Part shown: one piece after another, positions 1 through 12,858 of the stretch | Layout of the letters: each line of letters starts with the position of its first letter | How positions within the stretch are numbered: the first letter of the stretch is position 1 | Source of the DNA: Eledone cirrhosa | Taxonomy: Eukaryota | Direction of reading: 5' to 3' | Assembly: GCA_964016885.1 (NCBI GenBank) | Contig: OZ024743.1 | Coordinates: 261,640,001 to 261,704,000, forward strand | Length of the DNA stretch: 64,000 nucleotides | Translations under genes and position numbers: made by a program | Notes under the pieces: generated by a model | Seen by the model: the letters and a program-made list of their open reading frames with translations, nothing else | The model's database searches: none | Told to the model about the DNA's origin: nothing

Positions 1-169
1 TATGGAAGTAAAGGAGGAATGATATTACTTTGTGTTATATTTAATCTTGGGATGAATAAGACTTGTCATTTCTTACTGTTTGTTAATATTTGTCCATACC
101 CCCTCCCTACCCTCAATGTACTTCCACCCATCCCCATGACTGTCTTTTCCCAGCCCGGCTGATGATACA

Positions 170-580
170 ACTTGTGCCCAAGTATTGTAGTAAGGTGGTA
201 GCACTTGTGTCTCAGTAAAAAAACACCCACAAGGTGACAGTGCTGGAGCCAAGTTAAAAAGCACCCACTCCACACTATAAGGTGACAGTGCTGGTGCCAA
301 GTTAAAAAATACCCACTCCCCCCTATAAGGTGGTAGTGTTAGTGCCAAGATAGAAAGCACCCAATTTGTCCTGTAAGCTGGTAGTGCTGGTGCCATGATA
401 AAAAGCACCCCATCTATCCTGCAAGGTGGTTGTGCTGGTGCCATGATAAAAACACTGTCAAGTGGTTGACATTAGAATGGACGTCCAGCCGTAGAAAGCA
501 TGCCAAAATGGAATCTCAGAATGTGACATTCTGTTTGACCCATACCAGCATGGAAAATAGACATAAAATAGTGATTTTCA
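170..580 (+). repeat. Degenerate RTE-3'-tail-derived repeat with ~5-6 tandem copies of a ~55-60 bp module
   Basis: Repeated CTGTAAGGTGGTAGTGCTGGTGCCA...AAAAAGCACCCA units, ending in CATCCAGCCGTAGAAA-like and CCAGCATGGAAAATAGACAT motifs shared with the RTE 3' UTRs in this window. Confidence 0.6.
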
Positions 581-1724
581 TATACACCCTATGATTAAAT
601 TGTGATATACATACATACACACACAGGTATATCTGTAAGTTTGTGCTGCTGTGTGTTTATGTATATATAATAATTTAATGGAAATTGTTCTGATAAGCTT
701 TTCTCTTTGTTGCCTTCTTTTCATTAGTTTAAACAGATCACAAGATTTGCAACAAGGTTTCATTTATAGTTGAAGTTCCTTAATGCAACTGAAAATTGTA
801 TTGATACTTTCTTTCTTCACCTATAGAATTCTCTTCTGGTTTCTTGCTTTCTTGACTTCTACAATTTACAAAAACATCAATTGTGATAATTTCTCTCTTT
901 GAATTATGTTCTCTTTGTTTTGTTCTTTTCCCTTCTCAGGTTTTATCACCTTACTATATACATATGAGTTATGCATATTGAAGCTAACAGCAATCAAATC
1001 GCCCTCAAATTACATTGTTATGTCTTGAAAAAAGAAAGACAATTATATCAAGCATTTAAAGACTACTTTCCTTGCTAAAGCAGGTGTCAGCCTTGTGGAT
1101 CCCATCACAAGTTTCATATTCATCTAGGAGTCCTTTTTGAGGCAATGTTTTTTTGGCTGGATGTCTCTCCTGGTGCCAATGATTTTAATCACCTCTTATG
1201 ACATACAACTATTCCTTTTGTAAACAGGATACACACAAAAGGAAAGACTCATTAGGTAATGTAGTTTTAAATATGCTTACATTATGTTTGAAGGGAAAAT
1301 AGGATAGTCATTGTTGGAATGTGTTTGATCATAGGTCTACTTGATTAGATTTAGATTTTAGTTATGGCTAAACAATAACAGCTTACCATAATCATTATCA
1401 TCAACAAGTATGGGTGTAGCCTGACATATCTTCATTCATTCTGATCTGTGATAATGATGTGACTTATAAAACCCAACATATCTCACTGCCACCATATGGT
1501 TCACCACAAACCAAGATCTCATTGGAATGACTGGCAAAAATTAACCTGGGACGTCTTTATTTTTTTTATTTTTTGTTTGTTTTGTCATTGAGGAAAGAGC
1601 TGGGCCTCCAAAACTAACTTAATTTGGAAACTTGACCTGAAATGCTTGTAACTGGATGGCTCATACTAAAGGCACCAAATGGTGGTGTTAAACCAGGTGA
1701 TGCTTTACCATCCAGGTAATGGAC

Positions 1725-1880
1725 TGAATGGTTAAGAAGTTTGCTTTTCAATTGTTAGGTCCTGGGATCACCCCCACAGCATAGCATCTTGCCTGCATAG
1801 TGTTTTGGGCAAATGTCATTTACAGTATAGCCTTGTGAGTGAAATTGGGTGAATAGAAATTGTTTGGAGTCCTGTCAGAT
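1725..1880 (+). mobile_element. Degenerate SINE (third family; related copy ~48700-48850)
   Basis: TGGTTAAGAAGTTTG head and TTGGGCAAATGTC CORE-like motif; similar sequence recurs at ~48705. Confidence 0.45.
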
Positions 1881-2269
1881 GGACTGTACCTGTAATTCAA
1901 AATAGACATAGTAAGTAAAGACAATTTTAATTAATTAAAATTACACCTTGAATGATGAGAACAATCATTATTTCATGGCTGTTAATTTAAGTAGAACATT
2001 TTCTATGGAGGTATTCAGGGTAATTATTTACTGGTTTAACTTCTGAACAGTGGTTGATTTGACAGCACAGTTGTTAAGGTAAACAGCTTTCCTTTCTCCC
2101 TGTTTTCTCTGTCCAAGGTGGACTGGGCCATTGAGGGATAGATGTCACAGCCCTGTACAAATGTCATAATGTATATGTCATTAATTAACCTTTTAGCTGG
2201 TATGCAAATACCTTAATGACTTGAATTATTGCAGGCGCTCACCCACTCTTGCTTTTATTTTATTATCAC

Positions 2270-2590
2270 ACTCATCATCATCACCATTTAATGTCCATTT
2301 TCCATACTAACATGGGTTAGACGGGTTGTCCTGTTGTGTGACAAGTGAGATCAGGTAACCGTGTCTTACTCATACAGAACTGTTTCTGGTTTGGTTTCTA
2401 TGGCTGGATGCTCTTCCTAAAGTCAACCACATTTACAGTGTGGACTGAATGCCTTTTATCGTGGCACTAAAATGACCACTTTACAGTGTGAACTGGGTGC
2501 CTTTTATCGTGGCACTAAAACGACCACTTTACAGTGTGAACTGGCCTTTTACAGTGGCACCAAAATGACCAGTTTACAGTGTGGACTGAT
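2270..2590 (-). mobile_element. RTE-tail SINE/3'UTR fragment with internal tandem module
   Basis: (CAT)n tail then reverse complement of the RTE 3' UTR; 3-4 copies of GCCTTTTATCGTGGCACTAAAA.GACCACTTTACAGTGTG. Confidence 0.65.
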
Positions 2591-3289
2591 GTTGCTGAAA
2601 ACTGGGTCTTTTGATTTCGTTTGTGCTGCATTTCTGCCCCTAACAATTACAAGCTTGAGTCCTTCTTTGAACTACAGTTAGGGACCTTGTAAGTATAAAA
2701 AAATATAGTTGCTGGCTGGAATATGTGAGAAACGTATATTTGCTGACACAGATCATTGCTAGTTTTTTCTGAGATATCCTACTATTAACTGTCATATCTT
2801 AGTTAAGACACAGATTGTCATCAGTTTCTCACAAATCCTACTGTTTATGTTCATGTCTTAGCTGAAATAACTGCAATATCTTCATCATCATATGTCTGTC
2901 TTTCTATGCTTGCATAGGTTGGATGGTTCAATTTACTATATATATCCTTTTCCTACAGTTCATCAACATAATTTTATGTCCATCTGTTGGACAGGTTGTC
3001 ACAATCCATGTGAATTCTTATTCAGAGCTACTACTCTCTTAGATAGGTTGGAAGACCATGTCTCGTAGGCGCCAGTTTTGGTGTGGTTTCTATTGTTTGA
3101 TGTCATTCCTAATGCTAACCACTTTACAGAGTGCATTGGTTGCATTTTATCATGGTGCCTACACCAGTGAGGTTGCAAGACAAAATAATCCATATTACTC
3201 TACAGTGTCTTTGTTCAGTATTGGTAAAAAAAAGTATATACAGGTTTGTATCATAGAATCAGGGGCAGTTTCAGGAGGTTTAGTATCAG

Positions 3290-3800
3290 ATTGGTTAATG
3301 TAACCAGATAGATGGAGCCATTATTCATCCATAAGGAAGTTGACATACAACGCATTAGCAGTTTCCTCTTTGATAAAACAGTTAAACTATTGTCAGTAAT
3401 GTAGTTTCTTTTCAGAAATAGTCGCTTTCAGTTCTTATATTGCCAATACTTTATATGGAGAGATCTTTAATTCTATTCTCACTGCTTCATGAACAGTTGC
3501 AAGACTAATGCTTTGTTGTTGCACTAACTTTCATAATGATTTTAAAACACTAAGCTGCATGTAGTCAGAAATATTCAATTAGTTTTGATAGTCTTTGACA
3601 ACGTTCATCATGTTTAAGCAAAATTGGTTCCATGGAATTTACAAGGTTATGAATGGTATTGTAGTGTGGAAAGGTTGTAGCTGGAAATTTATCATCAAAT
3701 TGCTGTTGCATTAAATCTGTGGAGTGATCCATTTTTTTGAAACATGTATTCAATAAGGAGGACATGTTCTTCAACTGTGAAAACTGTCTTCACAACAGTG
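3290..3800 (-). pseudogene. Ancient Tc1/mariner-superfamily transposase remnant (DUF4817-type HTH)
   Basis: Manual minus-strand translation: QQQFDDKFP..NTIHNLVN, SISLATVHEAVRIELKISPYKV, FLMDE*WLHLSGYINQ (resembles FSDEAWFHLSGYVN); several stops. Confidence 0.55.
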
Positions 3801-4016
3801 AAGTCTGAAATACAAATAAACTTTGTTATACTTGGGGAGGGTCATATTGTTGTAATAATATTGCCAGAAATAACAGAACACACTCACTGTTTGGTTGGTT
3901 TTCGCTTCTGTATCTTTTATATCTCCATAGTTAATTCATTTGGTCCTCAATGTTTATCATTGACTGACCAACGGTTAAAAATGTAGATATAATATAGATA
4001 TAAACACATATATATA

Positions 4017-5290
4017 GTCTAACAAAGTTCTTTCGTTGCACATCTGCAACATCATCAGTGGTACTATTATGTTCCGCCTGTTGTATTGTATATTTACGCC
4101 ATTTTTATTTCATCTGTTTATTTATTTATTTTTGTCTTCTTCTCTGTGTATAGTGTTTGGTGTGTGTTCGCGTTTGGGTGACTGTGTTTTGGTTATTGTA
4201 TTCTATCTTAGTTTACTAGTGTGTGTTTATATGTGTTTGTTGTTATTGTGCTTGTGTATATATTTATTTATTTATTTATATTTCTCTGAAGTCAGTATTG
4301 TTTGTTTGGGTATTGTTGTTATTCCATTCATATCTTTGGCCTTCTAAGCTCTATTTCGCTTGCCTCTCTGATTTGCCTATCTGCTGGGTCATTTCTCTGT
4401 TTAGATATTATTTTAATTTCTATGTTGTCTATGTTACCGTCATGTTTGGTGTGTTCGTATAGTACTGAACTATTTTTTCGTCCTTTTAATTCCCCCCCCA
4501 GTGTTGGTCTATCCGTTCTCCTATGCTTCGAGCTGTCTCGCCTATGTATGTCGTTGTCATGTTTCTGCAAGTACCCTCTGTACATCTTATGCTATAGACT
4601 ACATTTCTAGTTTTACAGTTTATCATAACACATTTCCTATTAGTACGGTGGGTTTTCTTAAAAGGGTATGTTTTGCTGATCAGGGATTTTATGGTAGTTC
4701 CTGGCTTTTCTACCACTTTAATCTTTAAGTGGGTCTTTCTCAGGGCCTTTCTACACTAGTTAGCTAATTTCCTTTCAGGGGTAGTGTCCACAAACATGAC
4801 ACTCTGGTTGTCGTACCATGAGGTGGCTTTCCCTATCTTATGTCTAGCCCTATCTAAGCTATTCCATGATTTGTTCCTGTATAATGGGCAAATTCCTTTC
4901 ATGTCCAGTTCTATGAGGGTCTTATACTTTTCCATGGCTCCTTCGTATACTCTGATTCTGTCTCTTTGGTTGTAGCCAGAGAACTGCATGCGGTTGATGA
5001 AGTGTTGGATGTGTCTTTCCATTTCTGTTGGGTCGCACATGCGGGACACGTTCTTCATCACTTGTACCAAGTCTGCGATCAGAATATTAAACTTAGCACT
5101 ACTGGATATTGCTGGGTTTTTGAGTATCAGGTATTTGGCGGCCATGGGTGTAGTGTGAGTGGAGAATTTGGGCCCTCTCGTCTATAGTGTTAATACAGAG
5201 TTCCGTGTCTAATACAGGTAGTTTACTGTTAGGGTGTTTGGAAGGGTAGTCGATAGTTAGTTATACTCTGGTTGATTATTAAAATTGCAT
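4017..5290 (-). mobile_element. Penelope-like element fragment (RT C-terminus + GIY-YIG endonuclease, frameshifted), tentatively Naiad-like
   Basis: ORFs 4756-5145 (RMQFSGY, MFVDTTP) and 4486-4716 (CKTRNVVYSIRC..YIGETARSIGERIDQH, GIY-YIG motif); 3' end abuts TA run. Confidence 0.8.
4031..4058 (-). ncRNA. Hammerhead ribozyme core (partial) at PLE 3' end
   Basis: Minus strand CTGATGA-t-GTTGCA-gatg-TGCAAC-GAAA: both catalytic boxes flanking a perfect 6-bp stem II; stems I/III not completed before the TA repeat. Confidence 0.6.
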
Positions 5291-5318
5291 AGTGACTTTC
5301 CAAACACCCATTGTGTGA

Positions 5319-5362
<44 letters not shown>

Positions 5363-5364
<2 letters not shown>

Positions 5365-7010
5365 CAGGAGAAGTACCTAGCTAAAAGTAAACCCTTCTAC
5401 TTAGCTTTTGTAGACCTAGAGAAAGCCTTTGACAGTCCCCTGCTCCATTATCTGGTGGGCTCTTAGAAAACTAGGTGTAGATGAATGGCTTGTGAGAGCT
5501 ATACAAGCCATGTATAAAGAAACAGTCAGCAAGATTAGAATTAACAACGAATATAGTGAAGAGTTTAGCGTAAAAGTTGGTGTTCATCAGGGCTCTGTCC
5601 TTAGCCCCCTCCTATTTATTATCGCCCTCCAAGCTATAACGGAGGAGTTCAAGACCGGCTGCCCATGGGAACTTCTATACGCAGATGATCTAACGCTCAT
5701 AGCCGAATCAATGGCTGAACTAGAGAAGAAATTCCAAACATGGAAGCATGGCCTAGAATCAAAAGGCCTTAAAGTTAACTTGTCTAAGACTAAAGTCCTA
5801 ATATGTAGGAAGGAGAATAGGGCACTGGTCCCATCTGGGAAATGGCCATACTCAGTGTGTAGGAAAGGAGTAGGCAGAAACTCCATTTTATGTCCCAAAT
5901 GCAAAGTATGGGTGCATAAAAGATGTAGTGGGATCAGAGGTAAGCTAACTAAGAATATAGATTTTATATGTGGCCGGTGCTCTGGTGCAATAAGTAGCAG
6001 CAAATGCCCACAGAATACTAGCTCATTCCATTGCCCAGTTGATTCTATAGAAATAGTGGACACCTTCCATTACCTGGGTGACAATCAGCAGTGGTGGAGG
6101 GTGCTCCGAAAGTACTGTAGCTAGAGTCCGAACGGGAGGGAAAAAGTTCAGAGAGCTAATACCACTATTGGCCGCTAAAGGTTTCTCTCTAAAAATAAAA
6201 GGCAGGCTGTATGGTGCCTGCATACGAACAGTGATGTTACATGGCAGTGAGACATGGGCCTTGTGTGCAGAGGATCTACGCAGACTGGAGAGGAACGAAG
6301 CTTGCATGCTCCGTTGGATGTGTAATAGTAACATATGCGAACGGCAAAGCATAAATGAACTAAGTGAGAAATTAAGAATAAGAGGGATCAGATGCTGTTT
6401 ACTTGAGAGAAGACTACGTTGGTATGGTCACGTGATGCGCATGAAAGACAACAGCTGTATTAAAAAGTGCAGGGCGATCAAAATAGACGGTAGCTACGGA
6501 GTAGGCAGACCCAGAAAAACCTGGGACGACTTGATAAAATCCGACCTCACACACTTACACCTCTCCAAGACAATGTCACTGGACCGAGATCTTTGGTGCT
6601 ACGCAGTAATACAGAAGACCCGCCTTGCCTAAGTACAAAGCGAAACCTACAGTCAGTAGGCACCTCTTAACCAAAATACACCCCCGTCCCTCTACCCCTA
6701 CCCCCACCGCCATCTACACCGCCCCTTTCGATGTAAAGCTATGTTGGTACCACAACATCCAGTCCTAAATAAATGAGGGCATGTAGGTGTCACGACAAAA
6801 AAACACAGTCCACGCTGTAATGTGGCCGTGTAGGTAACACGGTAAAAACCTCCCAGTCCACACTGTAAACGTGGTTGGTGTTAGGAAGGGCATCCAGCCG
6901 TAGAAAACCCGCCAGACAGTCCTGAGCAAGACAACCAATCTTGCCTCAAGTGGGACAATTCCTGTCCAAACCCATGCTAGCGTGGAAGATGGACGTTAAA
7001 TGATGATGAT
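5363..7010 (+). mobile_element. 5'-truncated RTE-clade LINE, subfamily A (frameshifted)
   Basis: RT motifs [16 protein letters not shown], then Cys/His finger and [16 protein letters not shown]; 3' UTR ends in (GAT)n; flanked by (TA)n. Confidence 0.92.
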
Positions 7011-7029
7011 ATATATATATATATATATA

Positions 7030-7160
7030 ATTGTTTCTACTTTTGGCACAAGGCCAGCAATTACCCAGTACATTACTGGTGCTTTATTTTATCGACCCTG
7101 TAAGGATGAAAGGCAAAGTTAACCTTGGCGGGATTTGAACGGCAAGGGTCGTAACTCTCT
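7030..7160 (-). mobile_element. tRNA-derived SINE with Meta-domain-like core
   Basis: Reverse complement GTTCAAATCC (B box)...GCCTTTCATCCT...GGTCGATAAAATAAAG.ACCAG; family recurs ~10 times in window. Confidence 0.7.
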
Positions 7161-8230
7161 CTCTCTATATATATAATGCATATACATACGAGTGTGTGAT
7201 TATATGTGAGAGAAAGAGAGAGTGTGTTGAGTGTTGTTAGACTGAATATGAATGTCCCATAATATCTCCACCTCACCCACCATCACCCACTTTATGTAAA
7301 TCTGACCCCTTGTGTTATACCCCATGTACTGAAATCCTACATATCTTTGATATATATAATAAATCCTTTCAGGTAATCCCACCTCCTCTGCCTCCTTTCA
7401 CTCCTCCTCAGGCACTGCATAGTTATTGTGGTGGTAAATGAATGATGGTGAAAGAGAGAGAGAAGTTGAGGGAGAAGGGTGAGAGGGAAGGAGAGGTTGA
7501 GGGGCAAGAGGTAGGTAGGGTGAGGTCTGAGGGAGAGAGAAGTTGAAGGGTGAGAGAGAGAGAGACAGTCCTCTCTTCTTTATCACCTTCACCTCCCACT
7601 TGTCTATCCTAACCACCCACCTTCTTACCTTCACTACACTTCCTTATTTAATAACCTTCTCCTCACCCCACCACCTTCTTCCTTGCTTTTTGCTCAATCT
7701 CTCCTCCATCTTTCTCACACCCACCCACACATTCCTGCCCCACCCTCTGCTTCCTTGCTCCACCCCACCTTTCTTGTTCTAACCCCACCACCAACATCAC
7801 TGCACCATACAACCTGGTGGTCATGTTGGTGGCAGTGGTAGTGATGGTTATGGTGGTGGAGGTAGTGGTTGTGGTGATTGAAGTAGTGATGATGGTGGTG
7901 GTAGTGGACTGTTCCATTACACCTTCCTCCCCCCTCACCTTGCACAGCTCCCCCTTCCCATCAGCTGTTTCTATTTTTGCCTGTTGCTTGTCTTAAGTCC
8001 ATACACACTATACTGTTGTTGTTGTTGTTCAAACTGCAACTTGTCTTTCCCTCCAACCTCTCACCCTTCCTATTTCAACTTCTCTCCCTCACTCTTACCC
8101 CTCTCTCATTGCTCAACCTCACCCTCTCTCTCTCATCTATATTTAGAAACTATCCTATATTTTCGGTAGTGGGATAGAGATGTTATCTCTCCTTTCTCAC
8201 CCGACCTCCACATATCTATGTGGTGTGTGT

Positions 8231-8232
<2 letters not shown>

Positions 8233-8296
<64 letters not shown>

Positions 8297-8337
8297 CATG
8301 TGTGTGTGTGTACACACACATTTATGTGGTGTGTGTG

Positions 8338-8369
<32 letters not shown>

Positions 8370-8370
8370 T
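8233..8370. repeat. (CT)n followed by palindromic (TG)n/(CA)n microsatellites
   Basis: Direct reading. Confidence 0.9.
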
Positions 8371-9535
8371 TTGTTTTTATATTGCTTTTTTTAATAATCT
8401 CACCTCTATATTTTGACTTAAATGGAGTATTTGGGCACATAGAAATGTCTGTGTGTATGCGCATGTATGTATCTGTTTGTATTTATGTATGCATGCGTGT
8501 GTTTGTATATATCGGTGTCATCATCACAGCTACTTTTCCGTGCTGGCATGGATTTAACAGAACATTTTAATGCTGGATGTCCTTCCTGACACCAAACCTT
8601 TAAATCAGCTCTTACAACCAACAAGGGCGTGGTGTATGGTGTACAGTGTTGTAAACAGTGTATCTAGTTCAATGATCTCTGGATATGTAAATATGTGTAT
8701 ATTTGATAAGGAAATGAGTAGTGGGGGATGGGATGCTGGTTGGTGAAAGAGGGGCAACACCTATAACCTCTACAAGCACTCCTGCTAGATTGGTGAGAAT
8801 TTTGTACTTGATGTTTAGTTTGAATCCATGTAGAAAACTTGCCAAACAAAAGGCTTGAGATGACTTGAGTCAGAGAAGGCTTGAGTTGTGAAAACAAAGG
8901 GCATGATGACCTCTCTAGTGTTGGTGACACAATAAAATGCACTCATTACACTCTGTAAAGTGGTTGGGGATTGGAAGGCATCCAGCTATAGGAAACTTGC
9001 CTAAGAGGATTTTTCTGTTAATGGCACACCATCCTCTCTAGTGTTGGTGAAATGAAAAAAAATGTACTTAGTACACTCTGTTGAGTGTGGAATTGTATGT
9101 TAGCGCGATGTTGCCCCTAACCCATCTGATTAAATACTGATATGGTCTGTGGTGATGACCAATCCAACCTTTCTAGCAAGGAAAACAAATGTTAAATGAT
9201 AAGGATAATGATGAAGTAGGTTGGTGTTTGCTGAAAAATTGTGTGCAGGCAAGCAGAGGAATTCCAATATGGGAAGAAGGATTGGATAAAAAAAAGTGTA
9301 TCGTGTTGAACTTGGAAAGTGAGACATTGTGAAGGTAAACAGTATCTGAGAGATATGCTGGCAAGCTGGACTTGAGTGTAGGGGTTATGTGGAATTAGGT
9401 AAGTTTAGTAGACTAGTGGCTGTTGTAGTAATGTGGGAAGAAGCAGAGCAAGGAGACAGTATATCTGATTGTCAAAGATTACAGTGTATAGGTGAGTAAA
9501 TTTTTGCCAATTAATCAAATGGCCTTCTTTTAGAG

Positions 9536-9850
9536 CAGAGGTTCTCAATGTGGGCACTATTGCCCATCGAGGTGCGTTGAGAAGCTTGAGGGAGTGGTAG
9601 AAATGATATAATAGTATATTAAATATCAAATGATACATATTATATATAAATATAGTAAAATAAAAAATATATATTTATTTATACATGGTATATATTATAT
9701 TATTATATATGAATTAACGATTTAAAAAATTATATATGGTTTTCAATTTGCGTGTAGGTAGGTCTCTCTGGAAATAGGGTTGGGGTGCGCTGAGGTTATT
9801 ACGTGGCCGTGAGGGGGTGGGGGGTGGCCCAACAAGTTTGAGAACCTCTG
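9536..9850. mobile_element. Non-autonomous hAT (Charlie-like) MITE
   Basis: 13-bp TIRs CAGAGGTTCTCAA / TTGAGAACCTCTG; 8-bp TSD TTTTAGAG (9528-9535) vs ATTTAGAG (9851-9858), 7/8 match. Confidence 0.85.
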
Positions 9851-10003
9851 ATTTAGAGGATGATGATGGTTGTAAGTGTGTGATATTGGCTCCATCATAG
9901 ATATATAAGCTGTACGCCATTGTGGCCCTTAAAAGATATTTTTAGAGAGTTAGTATATATATATATATATATATAGTTATGTAATAAACAACATAAGATA
10001 ATT

Positions 10004-10062
10004 ATTTCATTTACCAGTGGTTTCTTGAAGACAGATATTTATGTCTTCATTCATCAGAAAAA
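10004..10062 (-). ncRNA. Minimal type I hammerhead ribozyme (inverted copy)
   Basis: Reverse complement TTTCTGATGA-aTGAAGACA-taaatatc-TGTCTTCAa-GAAACCACTGGTA-AATGAAAT. Confidence 0.7.
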
Positions 10063-10064
10063 TC

Positions 10065-10127
10065 TTTTTTTCTGATGAATGAAGACAGACATAATATCTG
10101 TCTTCAAGAAACCACTGGTAAATGAAA
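10065..10127 (+). ncRNA. Minimal type I hammerhead ribozyme
   Basis: CTGATGA 10072-10078; stem II TGAAGACAGA/TCTGTCTTCA; GAAA 10108-10111; palindromic stem III ACCA-C-TGGT; GUA site ending 10120; stem I weak (T-run vs AATGAAA). Confidence 0.75.
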
Positions 10128-10220
10128 TAATTATCTTATGTTGTTTATTACATAACTAAAAAGCTCTGTGGCCTACATAGAGCACTCTCTTTTCCTTTAC
10201 TTTTCCTACGGAAATACTTC

Positions 10221-10271
<51 letters not shown>

Positions 10272-10927
10272 TATGTATGTATGCTTGTGTATATGCATGT
10301 GTCATCATCATCATATGTTTTGCATTCATTTTTCCATTCTGGCATGGATTGGCTGAGATTCTTTGAGGTAGGATACTACAACAGGATGTCCTTCCTGATA
10401 TCAACACGCACTTGTTTTTAAGTAAAACTTCTGGTTTTCACATGTATAATTATTAAGCAGTGGATCCTGTTATATGGATACATGCACACATGCACTGACA
10501 CATACATACACACACATATACTCATACCTTTTAGGCATTATCTGCATGTGTATGTGGGTATAAAATATTAGGCTGGAACGGACTGCTTTTTCTAGTAATC
10601 CTGTTATTCACAATTGTCCATCTCTTGCTACTCTTCTTGTTGATCACTTACAAAGTGCAATTTTTTTTCCGCTTTAAAATTATCACCCATAACAGTCACT
10701 GAAGAGCTGTGATGCCTCAGCAAAGGGTATCTTAAATCATTGGAATATTCAAGCTGGGTCTTCACAATGAAACTGTAGTTGGGACCTCCAAGTAAATTAG
10801 GTAACTTCTTATTTTTGCTTTTCACACTTATAAATTTATATATATATATATATATATATTATATATGTGTATATATGTGTGTATATATATATATATATGT
10901 GTGTATATATATGTGTGTATATATATG

Positions 10928-10983
<56 letters not shown>

Positions 10984-10986
<3 letters not shown>

Positions 10987-12476
10987 GTATAAAGAAACAG
11001 TCAGCAAGGTTAGAATTAACAACGAATATAGTGAAGAGTTTAGCGTAAAAGTTGGCGTCCATCAGGGCTCTGTTCTCAGCCCCCTACTATTTATTATTGC
11101 CCTTCAGGCTATAACAGAGGAGTTCAAGACAGGCTGCCCATGGGAACTCCTATACGCAGACGACCTGACACTCATAGCGGAATCAATGGCCGAGCTAGAG
11201 AAGAAATTCCAAACATGGAAGCACGGCCTAGAGTCAAAAGGACTTAAAATTAACCTGGCTAAGACCAAAGTTCTAGTTTGTAGGAAAGAAAACAAGGCGG
11301 CGGTCCTTTCTGGGAAATGGTCGTGCTCGGTATGTAGGAAAGGCGTAGGTAGAAACTCCATCTTATGTCCTAAATGCAAAGTATGGGTGCATAAAAGATG
11401 TAGTGGGATCACAGGTAAGCTAACTAAGAACATAGACTTTACATGTGGCCGGTGTTCTGGTGCAATAAGTAGCAGCAAGTGCCCACAAAATACTAGCTCT
11501 TTCAATTGCGCAGAGGGTTCTATAGAAATAGTGGACAGCTTCCGTTACCTGGGCGATAAAATCAGCAGTGGGGGAGGGTGCTCTGAAAGTACTGTAGCTA
11601 GAGTCAGAACTGGTTGGAAAAAGTTCAGAGAGCTTATACCACTATTAGCTGCTAAAGGGTTCTCCCTAAAAAAATGAAAGGCAGGTTGTACGATGCCTGC
11701 ATACGAACAGCAATGTTGCATGGTAGTGAGACCTGGGCATTGTGTGCAGAGGATATACGCAGACTAGAGAGGAACGAAGCTTGCATGCTCCGCTGGATGT
11801 GTAACAGTAATATACGTGAACGGCAAAGCATAAACGAACTAAGGAAAAAATTAGAGATAAGAGGGATCAGATGTTGTTTACTCGAGAGAAGGCTGCGTTG
11901 GTATGGACACGTGATGCGCATGAAAGTCGATAGCTGTATTACAAAGTGCAGGGCAATAAAGATAGACGGTAGCCACGGAATAGGCAGACCTAGAAAAACA
12001 TGGGATGAGCTGATAAACTCCGACCTCACACACTTACACCTCTCCAAGACAATGTCACTGGACCGTGACCTTTGGCGGTACTCAGTAACAGAGAAGACCC
12101 GCCTTGCCAGTAGGCATCTCTAACAAACTACACCCCGTCCCGCCACTACCCCCACCCCATCCACACCACCCCGTTCTATGTAAAGTTATGTTGGTGCCGC
12201 GCCATCCAGGCCGAAACAAATGAGATCGTGTAGGTGTCACGACAAAAAAACACACAGTCCACGCTGTAATGTGGCCGTGTAGGCAACACGGTAAAAACCT
12301 CCCAGACCCACACTGTAAATGTGGTTGGTGTTAGGAAGGGCATCCAACTGTAGAAAACCTGCCAGACAGTCCTATGCGAGCAAGACAATCACTCTTGCCT
12401 CAAGTGGGACTACCCCCGTCCAAACCCATGCAAGCGTGGAACACGGACGTTAAACGTTGATGATGATGATGATGAT
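10984..12476 (+). mobile_element. 5'-truncated RTE LINE, subfamily A (young; single frameshift in A-run ~11670)
   Basis: ORFs 10865-11677 and 11674-12123 with RT motifs; (GAT)n tail; 5' junction shares ATGTATA with the flanking microsatellite. Confidence 0.93.
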
Positions 12477-12553
12477 ATGTGTGTATATATATGTGTGTAT
12501 ATATATATATATGTGTGTGTATATATATGTATATGTATATATGTGTGTGTATC

Positions 12554-12840
12554 ATACACCTACGGTAGTAGGTGTATAATATTCTTAAGATCCCATTTCG
12601 GTCACTCGCGACACCTTCAAAGCTTTGTCACTAATTCAATTTTTGATAGAATTGGATGCGGTTTCTTGCACTTTATAGGACCACAGATAAGCTACTTTTT
12701 GACATAAAAATATTGAAATTTGGTTCAGTAGAAAAAAAGTTACATAAAAATAAGTGAGGACCAAAAGAGTGTAAGGAACTACATACATAAGTAACGCTTA
12801 GTTTGTTTCTAATTTCTAATACATTAAAATAGTGATAGAT
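12554..12840. mobile_element. Possible Helentron/DINE-like non-autonomous element end
   Basis: Perfect terminal hairpin ATACACCTAC-ggta-GTAGGTGTAT at the microsatellite boundary, followed by AATATTGAAATTTGG-type sequence; family assignment is resemblance only. Confidence 0.35.
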
Positions 12841-12858
12841 TGTGCAATAGTGAATTGT

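Larger units (their letters stand above)
9974..10224. mobile_element. Non-coding hairpin (snap-back) element with hammerhead motifs on both strands, inserted in (TA)n
   Basis: ~90-bp inverted arms 9974-10062 / 10067-10158 plus unpaired tail to 10224; related copy at 36798-37071. Confidence 0.85.

Noticed and set aside
578-950. Possible host exon (Lys/Arg-rich minus ORF)
   Set aside because: No recognisable domain or convincing splice pair; purine-rich low complexity
5587-6352. Antisense ORFs repeated at each RTE copy
   Set aside because: Shadow frames of the RT coding sequence; recurrence reflects repeat copies, not independent conservation
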